From an uncultured delta proteobacterium (GTDB lineage: Bacteria > Desulfobacterota > Desulfobacteria > Desulfobacterales > JAFDCJ01): a DNA stretch of 63,708 nucleotides. Location: positions 1-63,708 of the forward strand of contig CAVYNY010000027.1 in assembly GCA_963769935.1 (NCBI GenBank). The letters run 5' to 3'. How positions within the stretch are numbered: the stretch's first letter is position 1; every line of letters begins with the position of its first letter. The notes under the pieces were generated by a model. The model did no database searches and was not told where the DNA came from. It worked only from the letters and a program-made list of their open reading frames with translations. A program made the translations under genes and the position numbers. Of this stretch, positions 60,207 through 63,708 are shown one piece after another.

Positions 60207-61073
60207 ATGTACTGCAGACATTATGGGTTCGCGGAAAAGCCGTTTGACATCACCCCCAAGCCGAAGTTTCTATATATGACCCCCGGCCACCGCGAAGCGC
60301 TGGCAACCCTGCTTTACGGGATACGGGAGCGGCGCGGGATTATCGCCATGGTCGGCGACGTGGGCACCGGCAAGACCACCCTGCTGCGGGCGGCCATGCA
60401 GCGCCTGGGCCGGAAGACCAGGAAAGCATTTCTTTTCAACAGCGAATTGCCCTTTAAGGATGTGGTGCTTGTCATTTTAGACGAACTCAAACTGCTGCGG
60501 CCGGACGAAACCCTGAGCAAACTTCAGGCGGTCAAACGGTTGACCAGATTTGCCGTTCATTTATTTGCCAGGGGCGGCAATCTGGTGATCATCATCGACG
60601 AAGCCCAAAACTTTTCCCGCGAAACCCTGGAAGGCCTGCGGATGATCTCCAATCTCGAAACCGACAATCTCAAGCTGATCCAGATTGTCATTGCCGGCCA
60701 GGTCGAGCTGGATAACAAGCTGGATAACTACGGCATGCGGCCCTTTGTGCAGCGCATCAATCTCAAAAGATATGTCAAGCGGCTCGACGAGAAGCAAACT
60801 TACGGCTATCTGGCGCACCGCCTGAAGGTGGCCCACTACAGCGGACCGCCGCTGTTCGATAAAAAAGCCCGGCAGCTGATCTGGGCATACTCCGAGGGGG
60901 TGCCGCGCAAGATTAACAACATCTGCGACAATGCCCTGCTGAGCGCGTTCGGACAGGGTGCGCAGACGATTTCAGGGCGGGTGATCGAAGCAGTGGTGCA
61001 GGACCTGGACTACAGGCAGGCAGAAAAGCTGCGGCGGAAAATAATTCCGCTGCGAATAGCCGCGATGTTTTGA
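60207..61073 (+). CDS. ExeA-like AAA ATPase (EPS/PEP-CTERM-locus type)
   Basis: PFDITP.P.FLY, GDVGTGKTT, IIDEAQ, SEGVPRKINNICDNAL. Confidence 0.92.
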   Translation: MYCRHYGFAEKPFDITPKPKFLYMTPGHREALATLLYGIRERRGIIAMVGDVGTGKTTLLRAAMQRLGRKTRKAFLFNSELPFKDVVLVILDELKLLRPDETLSKLQAVKRLTRFAVHLFARGGNLVIIIDEAQNFSRETLEGLRMISNLETDNLKLIQIVIAGQVELDNKLDNYGMRPFVQRINLKRYVKRLDEKQTYGYLAHRLKVAHYSGPPLFDKKARQLIWAYSEGVPRKINNICDNALLSAFGQGAQTISGRVIEAVVQDLDYRQAEKLRRKIIPLRIAAMF

Positions 61074-61077
61074 GGAG

Positions 61078-61344
61078 AACCGGCTGTCGCCGGGGGAAAA
61101 ATATCTCACACAGAGCTCACGGAGGGCACAGAGAACCGGCCTGTGGCGCCGGGAAAAATATCTCACACAGAGCTCGGAGGCACAGAGAATAATTGACCGG
61201 CTGTCGCCGGGAAAAAAAAGACTCTGAGAACTCTGGCTCAGAGCGAGCGGGGTGAGAAAATAACTCACACAGAGCTAACGGAGGGCACGAGAGAAAGTAT
61301 ATTCAGCCGGCTGTCGCCGGGGGAAAAATGTCTCACACAGAGCT
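61078..61344 (+). repeat. Array A, second block (four copies)
   Basis: ctcacacagagct x4, interspersed with ccggc-tgtc-gccgg hairpins. Confidence 0.9.
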
Positions 61345-61360
61345 TATAGTGATAATTTTC

Positions 61361-61564
61361 AGACAGGATTTACAGGACTAGTTGGATTTTTTCGCCTCCG
61401 GCGAGGGTGACAGGCACATGGGTCTTATGCAAATTAATGATCACTGCGGCAGTATGACCCAAAGCGAGGGATGGTCTTCCGCTGAAAGCGGATTTACTTG
61501 GATCACTTTCTTCCGGAAAGTGGTCCAGAAAAAAATAATCCTAAAAATCCGGTAGATCCTGTCT
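61361..61564. repeat. Element B copy 2
   Basis: Same ends and internal hairpins as 59944-60151, unrelated central ~65 bp. Confidence 0.88.
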
Positions 61565-61590
61565 AAAATATTAAATAATCAGGTGTTAGC

Positions 61591-62331
61591 ATGGGAAATA
61601 CATATGAAGCAATGCAGCGGGCCGAGCGAGATTTCTTGCTGCTCAAAAAGCCGACGGCAGTTGAGGCCGACGAGAAATACGGCCTCAGCCCGGCTGCGAA
61701 AGCCGCCGCTGCGGCGCCTACCAACGGCTGGCTGGAGCTCCACAACCGGCTGCTCAGCCATTATCCGCAAAAGCCCCTGCGTACGCTGATGGTCACCGGC
61801 ATCAACCACGGGGTCGGGGTAACCAGCACGGTCATAAAATTTGCCCGCGCCTTAACCCGGGGCACCGGCCGCAATGCGCTCCTCATCGATGCCAATTTGA
61901 GAACGCCCGATCTGCACCTGCAGTTTGACATCAACCCGGACCAGGGCATGGCCGAGCTGATGAAAAACAACGGCCTGGTGAAATTCAAATTTAAAAAAGT
62001 CCTGGATGAAAAGCTGTATGCGTTTACCTGCGGCAAGCGCGGCAGCGTCGGTCAATTCGAAGCCCGGCGTTTTGAAGCCCTGATGGAGGCGGCCCGCGAA
62101 CATTTTGACTACACGATCCTGGATTCGGCGCCGATCACGGGCTGCTCCGAATCCCAGGCCATCTGCTCCCGGGTGGACGGCGTGCTGCTGGTGATCGAAG
62201 CGGGCAAGACCAGAAGACAGGTGGCGATGCGGGCCAAAAAGGAGCTGGAAGATGCCGGCGGCCGCCTGCTCGGCGTGGTGCTCAACCGGAGAAAGTACTA
62301 CATACCGGAATGGATATACAAGCGGCTATAA
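61591..62331 (+). CDS. CpsD/CapB-family BY-kinase-like protein
   Basis: LLIDANLRTP, ILDSAP, VDGVLLVI, LGVVLN; Walker A reads GVGVTS. Confidence 0.88.
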   Translation: MGNTYEAMQRAERDFLLLKKPTAVEADEKYGLSPAAKAAAAAPTNGWLELHNRLLSHYPQKPLRTLMVTGINHGVGVTSTVIKFARALTRGTGRNALLIDANLRTPDLHLQFDINPDQGMAELMKNNGLVKFKFKKVLDEKLYAFTCGKRGSVGQFEARRFEALMEAAREHFDYTILDSAPITGCSESQAICSRVDGVLLVIEAGKTRRQVAMRAKKELEDAGGRLLGVVLNRRKYYIPEWIYKRL

Positions 62332-62341
62332 ACGGCCGCTT

Positions 62342-62700
62342 GGCGTTAGGTTTGAGGCGAACGCTACGCGGCTTAAGGATAGAGGTTTGAGGTTGGAGGC
62401 GGAAAAAAGCGATAGGTTTGAGGTTGGAGGTTGGAGGCGGTGATGATAGCAATAGGTTTGAGGTTGGAGGTTGGAGGCAATAAAAGATAGGCGGACGGCA
62501 CAAGTCAATAAATACATCTGAGATTGTCGATTTTGCCTCGAACCTAAAAGCGATAGGCTCCTCAGACCTCAAACTGGAAATATGGTTGGAGGCGGAACAA
62601 AAGCGATAGGTCCGAGGTTGGAGGTTAGAGGCGGAATAAAAATCTGCGATCGATTAGGCTGAGGTTGGAGGTTTGAGGCACGGAAAAAGATCTATGTTTG
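62342..62700 (+). repeat. Heptamer array (aggttKg) upstream of the four-helix-bundle gene
   Basis: Repeated taggtttgaggttggaggttggaggc; short inverse arm gcctcgaacct...cctcagacctcaaac. Confidence 0.92.
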
Positions 62701-62716
62701 AGGAGCGAAGTAAGAA

Positions 62717-63125
62717 ATGAGTAATTATTTGTTTCCTTTTGAAAAACTTGATGTTTGGAAATTATCTGTTGATTTAGCTGAGTATGTGCTCGATCTGCTC
62801 GAAAAATTTCCTCCGAACCGGCATCTCCGACTGGTTGGTCAAATGGAAGCTGCGGTCAAATCCCCCGCGCAGAACATTGCTGAAGGTAAGGGCAGACAGT
62901 ACAAAAAAGAGTTTCTCCGAATATTTACATATAGCCCCAGGGATCATTGTATGAAGTCGAGACCTTGAACGTGGTTTTCGTAGAAAAAAGTTCTTCTCAG
63001 ACAATGAAGCTCAAGAGGTAAGAAACCGCTGTGAGCAAATTGATCGAAAGCTAAATGGATTAATCAATTCCCTGCGTGGAACAAAAGGACGCAAATTCAA
63101 TGAAAACACGCCTGCGTCGGTTTGA
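62717..63125 (+). CDS. Four-helix-bundle protein (23S rRNA IVP/TIGR02436-like), ~3 indels
   Basis: FEKLDVWK, SPAQNIAEGKGR, then in shifted frames YLHIA, GSLYEVET, IDRKLNGLINSL to TGA 63125. Confidence 0.88.
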
Positions 63126-63708
63126 GGTTGGCGCCTTCGGCGGTTTGAGGTTGGCGCCTTCGGCGGTCTGAGGTTTGAGGCTTGAGGTTGGAGGCCAAAA
63201 AAAATGCGTTAGGTTAGAGGTAAGCGCCTTCGGCGGTATGAGGTTTGAGGTTGGCGCCTTCGGCGGTATGAGGTTTGAGGCTTGAGGTTGGAGGCCAAAA
63301 AAAATGCGTTAGGTTAGAGGTAAGCGCCTTCGGCGGTTGGAGGTTTGAGGTTGGCGCCTTCGGCGGTCGGAGGTTTGAGGCTTGAGGTTGGAGGAAGGGC
63401 CTTCGGCCGTATGAGGCCCGAGGTTGGAGGTTGGAGGCGGTAATAAAAGGCGTTAGGTTTGAGGTGGACCGGCTACGCGGCTTAAGGATAGAGGTTTGAG
63501 GGCAGAGGCAAAAAAAACGAAGCAATCGTTTAGAGGCACGCGCTATGCTAAGGCTTAAGGCTGTTTTTTTTGCCTCCAACCTAAAGCGCAGCGCTCCTCC
63601 AACCTAATGCAATCGAAGATTACTTTTATGCCTCCAACCTACAACGCCGTAAGGCAATTGCGTAGCGATCCTCTATCGGCCGAAGGCCATGCCTCCAACC
63701 TCCACCCT
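63119..63708. repeat. Heptamer array with mini-hairpins downstream of the four-helix-bundle gene
   Basis: cgccttcggcg x6 within gaggttK repeats, 100-bp tandem period; inverse arm gcctccaacct from 63572. Confidence 0.92.

Noticed and set aside
62717..63125. 23S rRNA intervening sequence or DGR
   Set aside because: No rRNA sequence, reverse transcriptase or TR/VR pair in the window.
63214..63579. Repeat-rich ORFs (also 7376-7642, 59757-60131, 57641-57913)
   Set aside because: Translations of non-coding periodic repeats.

Overview
This looks like a Desulfobacterales-type deltaproteobacterial chromosome segment (taxonomy inferred from gene content). It has three zones. (1) 1-13.5 kb, housekeeping: divergent KptA/Tpt1-like gene, hemL, cNMP-PilZ protein, PAS hybrid kinase, mpl, fabF, acyltransferase, trkAH, tRNA-Lys and tRNA-Glu. 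Its intergenic spacers are full of 7/8-mer periodic repeats arranged as inverted arms. (2) 13.5-57 kb, a ~43 kb accretion at tRNA-Glu. Copies of the tRNA 3' end plus terminator recur at 21579, 40492 and 56895 and define three tandem elements, with no integrase visible. The cargo includes TA modules, one intact and two broken RAYT/HUH transposases, an ABC-ATPase + TOPRIM-like pair, a phage protein remnant, Fic, four degenerate attC-like sites, two inverted 156-bp MITEs around egtBD, many sliced redox/stress gene fragments, an EmrAB-type pump and two catabolic operons. (3) 57-63.7 kb, the start of a sigma54-driven exopolysaccharide operon whose genes are separated by large structured repeat modules. 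It ends in a four-helix-bundle (IVP/Avd-like) gene embedded in heptamer arrays studded with GNA-triloop mini-hairpins. The best candidate for an undescribed system is this periodic-repeat/four-helix-bundle element family. Several single-base frameshifts look like sequencing errors.
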